From Spirochaetaceae bacterium (GTDB taxonomy: Bacteria > Spirochaetota > Spirochaetia > DSM-2461): a DNA stretch of 64,000 nt. A program made the translations under genes and the position numbers. This document shows, piece after piece, positions 50,101-58,686 of this stretch (position 1 is its first letter; each line of letters begins with the position of its first letter). The DNA lies in assembly GCA_051531975.1 (NCBI GenBank), contig JAOPTT010000009.1, forward strand, positions 416,001 through 480,000. Direction: 5' to 3'. The notes under the pieces were generated by a model. That model searched no databases. It saw only the letters and a program-made list of their open reading frames with translations, and was not told the origin of the DNA.

Positions 50101-51615
50101 AGTTTTAAACATTTAGGCAATTCATTTCCAGTTATAATCGAAAATAAAGGTGGTTTTAATGGAATAAACGAGATTGTTTTGATACCAAAATCACAGTATC
50201 TGCAGGAGTCATTTATACTTAATGAAGCCATATCAAAATCAAGAAATTTAATATCTTTAGAATCAGAATATGACTTTGACTATATAGGAAGCATACAAAC
50301 ACAACGTAATTATACAAATCTAAGTATGGGTCGGGCTCGGACATCTTTTAATGGAACTTTATCTAATAAAATCGATCTACTTAAAGATGGAAGTTACTAT
50401 TTAACAATGTATCTTGGTGGTGAAGAGAATCTAAGTAATTTTGATATATCTCTAAATGGCATTGATAGCGATGGTAACTTTAAGAAAAAGATCTCAATTT
50501 CAAAAACTGAAACAGAAAACATCGGAGTAATTTTAGAGAATAAAGATTCGGTTAATGGAAGTTATTTCAAAGCTGTTTCGGATTTTCCAGGACTAATACC
50601 AAATCTTCAAAAATATACAATAATTACAGATCCATTACCTAAAGGAAGCTATGAATTAAACATAGATCTTAAATACACTGGTAAATCATTAATCGATATC
50701 AGTAAAATGAAATATTTTAATCCAAAAGAGGTTGTTGTTCCAGATTTTAAAGAACCTGTAGATCTAGATGGGTATAGTGATTGTATTTTTATTACAAGGG
50801 ATATGATAAGGCACAATTTAAGTAAAGATTTCTTGGGGATTGAATATGACCCAACCTGTAGTGCTGATTGGTATATATCATCATCTCCAAAAGTCCTAGT
50901 TAAAAGTGGAGAGGAGTATATTATTAGTTTTAATATGAAGTCGGAAAAACTTAATAGTAGACATACAAAAATACTATATTTAAATGATCTAGATCAGGTT
51001 ATTAAAACTGATTTTATACCTGAAGTAGAAGAAAGGTTTAAAAGAAACTGGAATTCATACCAGTATATTTCAAAAGCCCCTGATAATGCAAAAAGTTTAA
51101 TGTTTCATATCTGGGGTCGAGGAGACAAAAAAGAACAATCATCTTCAAGTATTAAGAACCTATCACTATACCCGTATAAAAATCTCCCATTACTAGACAG
51201 AATGTATATTAGTATGGAACCGTTAGAGACACTTTTTAAGGATATAAAAAGTGATTCTGTATATGCGTCAATAAAGAGTTCTCCAACAATGCGTAAGTTT
51301 GAAAGCAAATATAATAATAATGAAATATCTGCATTTAAATTTGATATTAGCCCACACCCCATATGGGCATTAAATATAAATGGAAATGAAACAATTTCAG
51401 ATACAAATTTAAATGGTTTAAGGGCATTATATTTTACTAAAGATAGTGGAGTAGCTAAAGTTGAGCCAAGATTGAAAACACACTATATCTTGGGGTTTGT
51501 TTTATGGCCTATTGGTTTTTTTATACTTTTTTACTTATATGTTTATGCAAAAAAAAGAGAATCCCTCATTGTATTATTTAGAAGGATTCTCAATAAATTA
51601 TTTAATAAAGAGTAA
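47149..51615 (+). CDS. Very large GT-C-like membrane glycosyltransferase (AftD/YfhO-like architecture) with putative carbohydrate-binding beta-sandwich domains
   Basis: TM1 followed by acidic HIVFSDLDFP loop, GSLFYAINPW, many TMs in the first ~460 aa, LFRDPNK, long beta-rich extracytoplasmic region with two CBM-like stretches, C-terminal TM. Confidence 0.65.
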   Translation: MKMMKKQSWINKNFYIYRYDLFSLLIVFSLIAWFFSPMLQQGHIVFSDLDFPLDSKRYLEEILGLWNNKWNTPTILNLPRIFSIAIPYFFSTLNGHSGTVLIKTFILMNIYISSFTIYLFAKSILRIYLGPKNTLFKLIAISTGSLFYAINPWVIYRIQHIYLLCGYSLLPLALMLFLKIFDPKFQEVVIPNYSVFRIKLYRKNIVHIGVLAITISVMSAAIHYFFYTLILFALLWVLLLVKQILLNRWAGSYLKRAITYNFFLKGFLLGIITLIFCYYWFSVYLGSILIDAQSSQNNINVVDTLALFSRFSSIDKSLLMISYWWPMFDLSTLNIQFYIGGIILLLVIGIGVFFYIRKNHLLLFLFILTALFLLFSTGTTLPYFGELFIKLVMDVPFFGNLFRDPNKLIGIVAIGYSIFLIFGVEKIFSINIKGVNLSYFIKSTLFLVIIASFILYISPFRERFINGFYYPVNVPNEYTEVQKEFIPSDKRVLNFPVSGNMLQTSTGFTTLDWNNNPDDFGEDKATADFSIYQSTKNTIFHHEGSDTSISYYINFLQYILDRGLTQDFGSYLEPLGVDEFAYGTGFLGQNYRQSFNLDVLNFQKDISLHYKNRYFSLYQLDNTPEVEGDVDSILYTSKGFHSISSISLIPGFTYEKMGIVYNSQRKGNPLLNIRNSDLIETTTFDELLLASLPEKYYLSPAKYVRNGNPFLGWSQSAIHTSDWLWHLQSQNIKPLRFDMSFQSGLALSFSSIKLDIPVHKKSRVKGKEYIDFETFLYEGYNFTTDNNSAIEIETYPLSIDRELPLVHGIISKGQNYNIWQVAKSGYMPAEPEVPYQFFLTISGKGTNKMHLKAKFYNSHNEEVGTAYILTPENSVNFEYFNFFGEYITPKDTAFVRIDILSFSRPEQNTHWWIHDFSIIELSEYSAPNRITIDYTPDNKDELIPFVRMFFSPEGGEVSISLGDKETLINTKKYDFSGFLWQRLESFKHLGNSFPVIIENKGGFNGINEIVLIPKSQYLQESFILNEAISKSRNLISLESEYDFDYIGSIQTQRNYTNLSMGRARTSFNGTLSNKIDLLKDGSYYLTMYLGGEENLSNFDISLNGIDSDGNFKKKISISKTETENIGVILENKDSVNGSYFKAVSDFPGLIPNLQKYTIITDPLPKGSYELNIDLKYTGKSLIDISKMKYFNPKEVVVPDFKEPVDLDGYSDCIFITRDMIRHNLSKDFLGIEYDPTCSADWYISSSPKVLVKSGEEYIISFNMKSEKLNSRHTKILYLNDLDQVIKTDFIPEVEERFKRNWNSYQYISKAPDNAKSLMFHIWGRGDKKEQSSSSIKNLSLYPYKNLPLLDRMYISMEPLETLFKDIKSDSVYASIKSSPTMRKFESKYNNNEISAFKFDISPHPIWALNINGNETISDTNLNGLRALYFTKDSGVAKVEPRLKTHYILGFVLWPIGFFILFYLYVYAKKRESLIVLFRRILNKLFNKE

Positions 51616-53574
51616 TGTATGATTTATATTTCCATTTAAGTCTAGAAACCAATCACTGTCTGATAAACCATCACTATCAACCCAGCTATCATAATTAGTA
51701 TACACCTGGTTTATCTCTACATCATCTTTAGGGTATTTGAAGCTTGAAGGTAAATTAAGCGCCCAAGGACGATTATTTACAGTTTTATAGCTATCACCGT
51801 CAATTACTGTACTATAATCACTAGTTAAAACACTATTGTCATCGACGGAATTAAAATAATCAATATGCACAAGATCTGTTGGAGCTTTCCCAGGTAGGTG
51901 AACTTCCCTTCCTCTCTCTCCATTACTCATAATAAACGGGTTATATGGAGGGTAACCAAGATCGTTTCTAGTTACAGGATCTGTAAACTCAACAGTAATA
52001 ACCATTTCAGTTCCAACATTCTCTACAAAATGTTGTTGTGCTGATTCAAAAATTCCAATTACAGCTTTAGATTGACGTTTTTCAGTTCCATTATTATCTC
52101 TTTTTATATATCCTCTTGAGAATTCTCCTCCTGTTGTATTTGCTATGTTATCAGGACTTAAACCTAGTTCTATAGCAAATCCATTATTCATACTAGCTAG
52201 CATTCCTTGTATTAAGAACCAAGCCTTTATTGATACTACATCACCTGCTGAATTTTTATACTCTTCTATTCTTATATCGATTACTAAATCGTTAAAATCA
52301 TAATCACCCATATGTGGCCAAAGATCCTCATACGCTAGTGTTCCATAATTACCTTCTGAAGGGTAGTAGTCTATTGCTGATAAATTACTATTATTAGGAA
52401 AGCTATCTAATGTATCAATTATTCCATCTCCATCACTATCTATTGTAGGACTATCTTCAGGTACTACTATACCATCCTTATCTATTGCAGTAATTGGGTT
52501 AGACTCTACAGAAAATATTGCGTCATTGAAGTCGTTATCACCATATGGTCTTTCAAGGTCTTCAAAAGATATAATAACTCTTTCATCAAATGCTATCTGA
52601 ACAACATGTTGATTATTAGGACTTTCTTCTTTATTTAATTCATCTATAGAGTAGAATGTATTATTACCATTTCCAACACTTGAGTCCGATTCAAAGCCAT
52701 TTGCAACAAGTGCCCAGGCTATTGTTGTTCCAGCAGAAAAATCACCAATCTTTACAGTATCACCTGAAGTTAAACCACCACCACTTCCACTATATGAAAC
52801 ATTTGGATAAATTATTGTAAGATCACTTTTTTCTATAGTACTTGGAATTCCACTATTAGTTTGATATGTAAAAAATAGTAGTACATTTTTATATCCTGCA
52901 CCTTCATGGACAAAAGTTACAAAGACTTCACCATCTTCGACAATACTTATATTAGTAATAGCACCATCAGAAAGATATTGAGGGTTATTTTCAGGAACAG
53001 GCTGATTTTCTGGAAGAACTGAGTTTAATACAGTTAAAAAATCTGATGTAAACAGTTCATTACTAAGAATATAATCGGGAACACCACTATTATCCCAGCT
53101 TCCTAAAGTTTGATAAGCACTATCTTGTTTTGATTTTGGTTTTCCTCTGGAAAAATATGTAGCATTATTTAAATCTTTGGAAAAATATGTATATTTTATC
53201 TCACCATTTATCAAAGGAACCACGATAGATTGTGGAAGACCAATATAATCTGTTTTTAGAACTATTTCGGTTACATATGCTGGTATCGTTGTTGTTGTAG
53301 TTATCTTACCATTTCTATTAGAAATAACTGAAAGTCTTTTTTGCGTATCAAAATATATATTTATAGGTACGCTGCTAAAAACAGTATCTATATCAAATGA
53401 AACTAGATTTGATGTTTCATAATTAAATTTTTCATTTTCAACAATAATGATATCATTATCATCACCAATATTATCTTCAATAATTTCTTCAAAGTTATCA
53501 TCTATTTGCTCAAAAAACGGGTTTTCACAAGATAAAGAAATTATTATTGTTATTAAAATCGCTATATATTTCAT
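51598..53574 (-). CDS. LruC-domain lipoprotein (DUF4114/DUF4842-like); likely start ATG 53574
   Basis: GGAGG SD; MKYIAILITIIISLSC lipobox; TFVHEGAGYKN, SFEDLERPYGDNDFND, DSDGDGIIDTLDSFP, TLAYEDLWPHMGDYDFNDLV, PPYNPFI, EVHLPGKAPT, PWALNLP. Confidence 0.88.
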   Translation of the reverse strand: MKYIAILITIIISLSCENPFFEQIDDNFEEIIEDNIGDDNDIIIVENEKFNYETSNLVSFDIDTVFSSVPINIYFDTQKRLSVISNRNGKITTTTTIPAYVTEIVLKTDYIGLPQSIVVPLINGEIKYTYFSKDLNNATYFSRGKPKSKQDSAYQTLGSWDNSGVPDYILSNELFTSDFLTVLNSVLPENQPVPENNPQYLSDGAITNISIVEDGEVFVTFVHEGAGYKNVLLFFTYQTNSGIPSTIEKSDLTIIYPNVSYSGSGGGLTSGDTVKIGDFSAGTTIAWALVANGFESDSSVGNGNNTFYSIDELNKEESPNNQHVVQIAFDERVIISFEDLERPYGDNDFNDAIFSVESNPITAIDKDGIVVPEDSPTIDSDGDGIIDTLDSFPNNSNLSAIDYYPSEGNYGTLAYEDLWPHMGDYDFNDLVIDIRIEEYKNSAGDVVSIKAWFLIQGMLASMNNGFAIELGLSPDNIANTTGGEFSRGYIKRDNNGTEKRQSKAVIGIFESAQQHFVENVGTEMVITVEFTDPVTRNDLGYPPYNPFIMSNGERGREVHLPGKAPTDLVHIDYFNSVDDNSVLTSDYSTVIDGDSYKTVNNRPWALNLPSSFKYPKDDVEINQVYTNYDSWVDSDGLSDSDWFLDLNGNINHTLLFIK

Positions 53575-53598
53575 ACTAGCCTCCGCATATAAATAATA

Positions 53599-53615
53599 TG
53601 CACAAACCGTACCAA
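53599..53615 (-). promoter_or_regulatory. sigma54 (-24/-12) promoter of the LruC gene
   Basis: Minus strand TTGGTACGGTTTGTGCA: GG-N10-GC spacing, close to TGGCACG-N4-TTGCA; sits between the activator stop (53618) and the LruC SD. Confidence 0.75.
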
Positions 53616-53617
53616 GT

Positions 53618-54988
53618 TTACGAAATATTATGCTTATCCATCTTGTAATAGAGTTGTCTTCTAGAAACCCCAAGTTCCTCTGCAACAATTGATTTATTAA
53701 ATCGATTCTTTTTTAAGCATTTTTTTATTAACTGTATCTCTAAGTAATCAATATTTTCTTGGAGATTAAATGAATCTATTTCTTTGTGACTCTTAGCTGT
53801 ATTTGAGTTTAAACTGGATAGTGGAATATCATCTACAGTAATTGTAGTTGATTCACACATTGCAAAGGATCGGGCAATAATATTTTCTAGTTCCCTAATA
53901 TTTCCTGGAAAATCAAAACTTTGCAATTTTTTAACTGCATCTTTATTAATCGTAACTTCTTTCTCATACTCATTATTAAAGTTACGTAAAAAGGTATCGA
54001 TTAGGATGGGAACATCATCTATACGTTCCCTTAATGGTGGAATCTCTATTGGAATAATATTTAATCTATAATATAAATCTTCTCTAAATTCGCCATTAGA
54101 AATAAGTTTAGAAAGGTTTCTATTTGTTGCAGTAATTATTCTTGCATCAGAAAATAGTTTTTCAGTCCCTCCTACTCTTTCAAAAGAACCATCTTGCAAT
54201 ACCCTAAGAAGTTTTACCTGTAGACTAATATCCATATCTCCAATTTCATCAAGAAAAAGTGTTCCTTGATTAGCTAATTCAAAACGACCTTTTTTACTAG
54301 TTATAGCCCCTGTGAAGGCCCCTTTTTCGTAACCAAACATCTCACTTTCTAAAAGGGTAGAAACAATTCCAGCACTATTGGTTTTAATATACGATCTGTT
54401 TTGCCTACTACTTCCGTAGTGTATCTGGTCAGCAATTATCTCTTTACCTGTACCACTCTCGCCTAATATTAGCACAGGGAAATTACTATTCTGAGCTGTT
54501 TTTATCATTTTATGAACACTTAACATTGAATTACTAGAGGCAACAAAATCCTTTGTAATAGTTAAAATCGAGACTCTTTTCTCTAGCAAAGAAATTTTAA
54601 ACTCATTACTTATAATAGTGAACAGTTGATTGAGTTTTAATATCAATTCTTCTAGTATTATAGGTTTAGATATATAGTCATAGACCCCTTTTTTAATAAA
54701 AGAGATTGCATTTGTAACGCTTCCACTACCAGTTATAACTATAATGTATGGAGGATGTTCATATTTAAGTAGAATATCGATTAATACACTACCACCTTTT
54801 TTAGGCATTTTTAAATCAACTAATACAATATCAAATTTTATAAGATTTAGTTCGGTTATTGCACTATCTACAGAAGATACACATTTTAGAAATATTTCGT
54901 CCCATATTTCTGATCTTCTTAAACCACGCTCTAAGGAGTTTAAATACGATGTTTCATCGTCAACAATTAGTATACTTTTTTTTATCAT
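53618..54988 (-). CDS. NtrC-family sigma54-dependent response regulator (REC-AAA+-HTH)
   Basis: ILIVDDE, VLVDLKMP, GESGTGKE, ESEMFGYEKGAFTGA, LFLDEIG, FREDLYYRLN, PGNIRELEN, Fis-type HTH. Confidence 0.95.
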   Translation of the reverse strand: MIKKSILIVDDETSYLNSLERGLRRSEIWDEIFLKCVSSVDSAITELNLIKFDIVLVDLKMPKKGGSVLIDILLKYEHPPYIIVITGSGSVTNAISFIKKGVYDYISKPIILEELILKLNQLFTIISNEFKISLLEKRVSILTITKDFVASSNSMLSVHKMIKTAQNSNFPVLILGESGTGKEIIADQIHYGSSRQNRSYIKTNSAGIVSTLLESEMFGYEKGAFTGAITSKKGRFELANQGTLFLDEIGDMDISLQVKLLRVLQDGSFERVGGTEKLFSDARIITATNRNLSKLISNGEFREDLYYRLNIIPIEIPPLRERIDDVPILIDTFLRNFNNEYEKEVTINKDAVKKLQSFDFPGNIRELENIIARSFAMCESTTITVDDIPLSSLNSNTAKSHKEIDSFNLQENIDYLEIQLIKKCLKKNRFNKSIVAEELGVSRRQLYYKMDKHNIS

Positions 54989-55081
54989 AAATTTGTTTTC
55001 CTAATATTAATAGTATATGATTAATTGATAATATACAAATTTTGCACACTTTGAGTTAATCTTTTCTCATAAGGAAATAAA

Positions 55082-56281
55082 ATGAAAATTAAAGAAAAAG
55101 TTATCTATCCATTTCTTGATATTCTTTTAAATGGTTTTAATTATGGTTTTCATGTTTACACTAGTTGGTATTTAATAAAAAGATCCTACGCTGTTCTAAA
55201 CGCCTATTTAGCCCTTGTTTCACTTCTTATGGTTATTGGAATAGCACTTCAGAGTTACAATGCAAAACTCTCAGCAGGGGTTAAGATTTCCGGAACAGAT
55301 TTAAAATTAGTAAATCCTTTTATTATTATGGGAATTCCATCAATTCTTTTAATCATATTTTCACCTATTATTGTCCCATTCCTAAAAGGAGATTTTTTAT
55401 CTTTAATTATAATCTCTATACTTCTTATTTTGCACTCGGTTTTAAGTAGTGGCCGAGGGTTAATGCAGGGGCAGGGAAGCTTCCTAAAACTTAATGTTAG
55501 TTTCTATATTGAAGTTATAGTTAAGATTGCTTTTTTAATAATATTTATGCCTAGGTTTCCTAATATTTATATCCCACTTCTTTCTATATTATTAGGTTAT
55601 ACCATAGCCCTGGTGCACCTTAAGTTTTATGTTGTTACTCTTAAAATTAGAAAACTTCAACTAATGGGTGTTAAAAGCTTTTTGAAAAATAAAAAGATTG
55701 TTGTTTTCATTTTGAGTCAGTTTTTCATCTATAGTTATTTCTCAATGGATATGATTCTAGTTAATGGATTACATCAGGAATTCGCACCTATATACGCGAT
55801 AGTCCAAAAATTGGGTATGATCCAGTTTTTTGTTGGAAGTAGTTTAATGGCAGTTTTTTTACCTGAACTTGCGGATAATAGTATTGATAATTATGAATTT
55901 GAGAGAAGGTGGAAACGATTTCTTATTATACTAGTTATAGTATTAGCTTTCTTTCAGATATTCTATAACACTGTTTTCAAAATGATACTTCCATATATGT
56001 TTGGTGAACAATATCTTTCAGCAGGAGACTGGGTTCCATATGGAGGGGTGATATTTGCACTTTTAGTAATAATTAATTTCTTTATCATTACACTATTGGC
56101 CAAAAATAGCAGGATCTTTAATGTTGTTTTATTTGCTGGACTAGTTTTAGTGTCAGTTGGCATCATAATTGCAAGATCTATTAGTGAGGTACTGCTAATT
56201 GAAGGTATCGTGTATTTTGTTATCGCTCTAAGCTTATATGGAGTTATACTTAAGGAGAAAAAGAGATGGAATATAATTTAA
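55082..56281 (+). CDS. Oligosaccharide flippase (Wzx/MOP superfamily)-like protein
   Basis: About 12 TMs; NGFNYGFH, RGLMQGQGSF, SMDMILV; first gene of a glycosyltransferase operon. Confidence 0.72.
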   Translation: MKIKEKVIYPFLDILLNGFNYGFHVYTSWYLIKRSYAVLNAYLALVSLLMVIGIALQSYNAKLSAGVKISGTDLKLVNPFIIMGIPSILLIIFSPIIVPFLKGDFLSLIIISILLILHSVLSSGRGLMQGQGSFLKLNVSFYIEVIVKIAFLIIFMPRFPNIYIPLLSILLGYTIALVHLKFYVVTLKIRKLQLMGVKSFLKNKKIVVFILSQFFIYSYFSMDMILVNGLHQEFAPIYAIVQKLGMIQFFVGSSLMAVFLPELADNSIDNYEFERRWKRFLIILVIVLAFFQIFYNTVFKMILPYMFGEQYLSAGDWVPYGGVIFALLVIINFFIITLLAKNSRIFNVVLFAGLVLVSVGIIIARSISEVLLIEGIVYFVIALSLYGVILKEKKRWNII

Positions 56282-57426
56282 AAAAAAGTGATCTAAAAAC
56301 AATATTATTTTTATCATGGAGAGATATTAAAGCACCTAAAATGGGTGGAGCTGAAATTTTTACCCACGAAATGCTTAAAAGAATGGATAAAAAGAACTAT
56401 AGAATATTACACTATTCACCTCTATTCAAGGATTGTACCGAAGAGGAAGAAATCGATGGTATTCTTTATATTAGAAGTGGTTCTATTTTTACAGTTATAT
56501 CTAAAGCAGTAAATTTTTATAAACAAAACAGAGATAAAATTGATTATGTAGTTAATCAGTGTAATACACATCGGTTTTTTACAAAGTTCTGGGTTGAAAA
56601 GAGTAAAAGGATTTTTTTCATTCATCAGTTAACTAGGAAAATATGGTTTTACCATACAAAGTTTCCATTTAGCTTAATTGGTTATTTATTAGAGAAACCT
56701 CTATTAAAGCTAAATAAAAAAGATCTAACAATTACTGTTAGTGATTCTACAAAAAAGGATCTTGAAGCTATAGGTTTTTCTCCAGATAAGATCTCTATAC
56801 TTCCTGAAGGTCTTAGTTTTACTCCTTGGAGTATCGATGATTTTAAAAAGAAAGAAGAAAATCCTACTTTTATCTATGTAGGGCGTTTTGCAAAATATAA
56901 AGGGATAGACGATGCTATTAAAGCATTTTCATTAGTAAAAGCAAATTACCCAGAAGCTAAACTTTGGATTGTTGGTAAAATCAATGTTGACTATATGGAG
57001 AAGCAACTTAATCCTTTATGTCGTGATTGCGGACTATCTGTTTCTACAGATAATTTACAAGGAGATGTTGAGTATAAAGGCTTTGTGACAGAAGAAGAAA
57101 AACTAAACTTAATGAGCCGCGCTCACCTTCTTATATTTCCTTCAATTAGAGAAGGATGGGGATTAACAATTTCAGAAGCAGCAGCAGTAGGGACACCTAG
57201 TCTTGTATATAATGCTTCAGGTACAAGAGATGCTGTTCAACATGGAGAGAGTGGTTACATGGTCGATATCGGTAATATTCAAGGGCTAAGGGATTCGATG
57301 CAGGAGTCAATTACTTTGACCCAAGAATACAATGATATACGATTTAAAGCTTATGAGTTAAGTAAAACTCTTCATTGGGATAATACAGCTATTAAATTTA
57401 AAGAGTTTTGTGATAGAGAGTTGTAG
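56266..57426 (+). CDS. Glycosyltransferase family 4
   Basis: WRDIKAPKMGGAE, TVSDSTKKDL, YVGRFAKYKG, PSIREGWGLTISEAAAVGTP. Confidence 0.93.
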   Translation: MEYNLKKSDLKTILFLSWRDIKAPKMGGAEIFTHEMLKRMDKKNYRILHYSPLFKDCTEEEEIDGILYIRSGSIFTVISKAVNFYKQNRDKIDYVVNQCNTHRFFTKFWVEKSKRIFFIHQLTRKIWFYHTKFPFSLIGYLLEKPLLKLNKKDLTITVSDSTKKDLEAIGFSPDKISILPEGLSFTPWSIDDFKKKEENPTFIYVGRFAKYKGIDDAIKAFSLVKANYPEAKLWIVGKINVDYMEKQLNPLCRDCGLSVSTDNLQGDVEYKGFVTEEEKLNLMSRAHLLIFPSIREGWGLTISEAAAVGTPSLVYNASGTRDAVQHGESGYMVDIGNIQGLRDSMQESITLTQEYNDIRFKAYELSKTLHWDNTAIKFKEFCDREL

Positions 57427-57435
57427 GAGATTAAA

Positions 57436-58314
57436 ATGAATAATTTAGTATCTATAGTAATAACTACGTATAACAACAAATTAAAGGTAGACGAAGCCAT
57501 ATTAAGTTCAGTACATCAGAGCCATAAAAACCTTAATATTATTGTTGTTGATGACGGATCAATTGATGGCACCCCTGAACACTTAACATCTCTTGCTGAA
57601 GAACATTCTGGGTTAAAATTAATTCTTAAAGAGCACGGAGAGAGAGGATTAGCTCGGGAAGCAGGTATAAAACTTTCAATGGAATTAGGTAGTGATTATC
57701 TGTTTTTTATGGATGATGATATGATTCTAGACTATCAGTTAGTAGAACTATGCCTTAAGTATTTTACATCTTATGAGAATTTAGGAGCTTTAGTAATACC
57801 TGAGAGACCATATTCAACTTATACAAATTTCTACAGTAAAGTAAAAGTATTTGAAAGGTCTATTATTAATAATGCAGGTAGGACCCTAGGGAAAAACTCA
57901 ATTGAGGCTGCACGGTTTTGGAAGATGAATGCATATAACCAATCAGGTGGGCTAAATCCCACAGAGATATCATTCGAGGAGACTCAACCAACAATAAGAT
58001 ATAGGGATAATGGTGGATATATTTTAAGAGCAGTTGATACATTTCTACGTCATGATGAAAAAGAAGCAACATTTAAAGGGATAATTTCCAAAAAATATTA
58101 CTACTTTAACTTAATGAATAAGACTTTCGAGTCAGAAGATAAAGGTTTTTTAAAGGCTCTAAGTAGATGGTATTTTTTTAGACCCGTACTATATAGAGCA
58201 GGTAATATACTTAGAGCTCTTAGGCATCCCATATTAGCTATGGGCATGTTTTTTATGTATGTTTGCCTAAGTTTTACTGGCGTTGTTGCACTACTTAGAA
58301 AGCCTAGACTTTAA
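57436..58314 (+). CDS. Glycosyltransferase family 2
   Basis: VSIVITTYN, IVVDDGSIDGT, FFMDDDM, C-terminal hydrophobic segment. Confidence 0.9.
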   Translation: MNNLVSIVITTYNNKLKVDEAILSSVHQSHKNLNIIVVDDGSIDGTPEHLTSLAEEHSGLKLILKEHGERGLAREAGIKLSMELGSDYLFFMDDDMILDYQLVELCLKYFTSYENLGALVIPERPYSTYTNFYSKVKVFERSIINNAGRTLGKNSIEAARFWKMNAYNQSGGLNPTEISFEETQPTIRYRDNGGYILRAVDTFLRHDEKEATFKGIISKKYYYFNLMNKTFESEDKGFLKALSRWYFFRPVLYRAGNILRALRHPILAMGMFFMYVCLSFTGVVALLRKPRL

Positions 58315-58686
58315 ATAAGCTGCGTAATCAATTGATTCATTTATAATCTTGATTGCATCAGCTTCAAGTTTCCAGGGTTTGGTTATAAATCTATATACTT
58401 CACCACTATTCATTGCGTGTAATATTGTTGTTACATCAGCATAACCTGTAAGCATAACACGTACACTTCCAGGGGAGCACTCTTTTGATTTCTGTAGCAA
58501 CTCAAAACCATTCATTTCTGGCATTAGAATATCAGATATAATAACATCAGGTTTTCTTAAATTTATTTCCTTTAAAGCATCAATAGCACTTGTAAAGTAA
58601 AAACCATTAAAATCTTCATTCCTAAAAGCTCTTTTTATACTATTTAATACACTTTGTTCATCATCTATAAAAAATACTTCATTCAT
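58291..58686 (-). CDS. Single-domain response regulator
   Basis: FIDDE, IISDILMPEMNG, MLTGYAD, YRFITKPW. Confidence 0.92.
   Translation of the reverse strand: MNEVFFIDDEQSVLNSIKRAFRNEDFNGFYFTSAIDALKEINLRKPDVIISDILMPEMNGFELLQKSKECSPGSVRVMLTGYADVTTILHAMNSGEVYRFITKPWKLEADAIKIINESIDYAAYLKSRLSK

Noticed and set aside
3896..58072. Numerous short antisense or nested ORFs in the track (e.g. 5692, 7759, 12107, 13172, 17223, 17712, 21597, 30695, 42541, 49947, 54744, 57866)
   Set aside because: All lie within well-supported longer genes, lack SD or motifs, and read like reverse-frame translations
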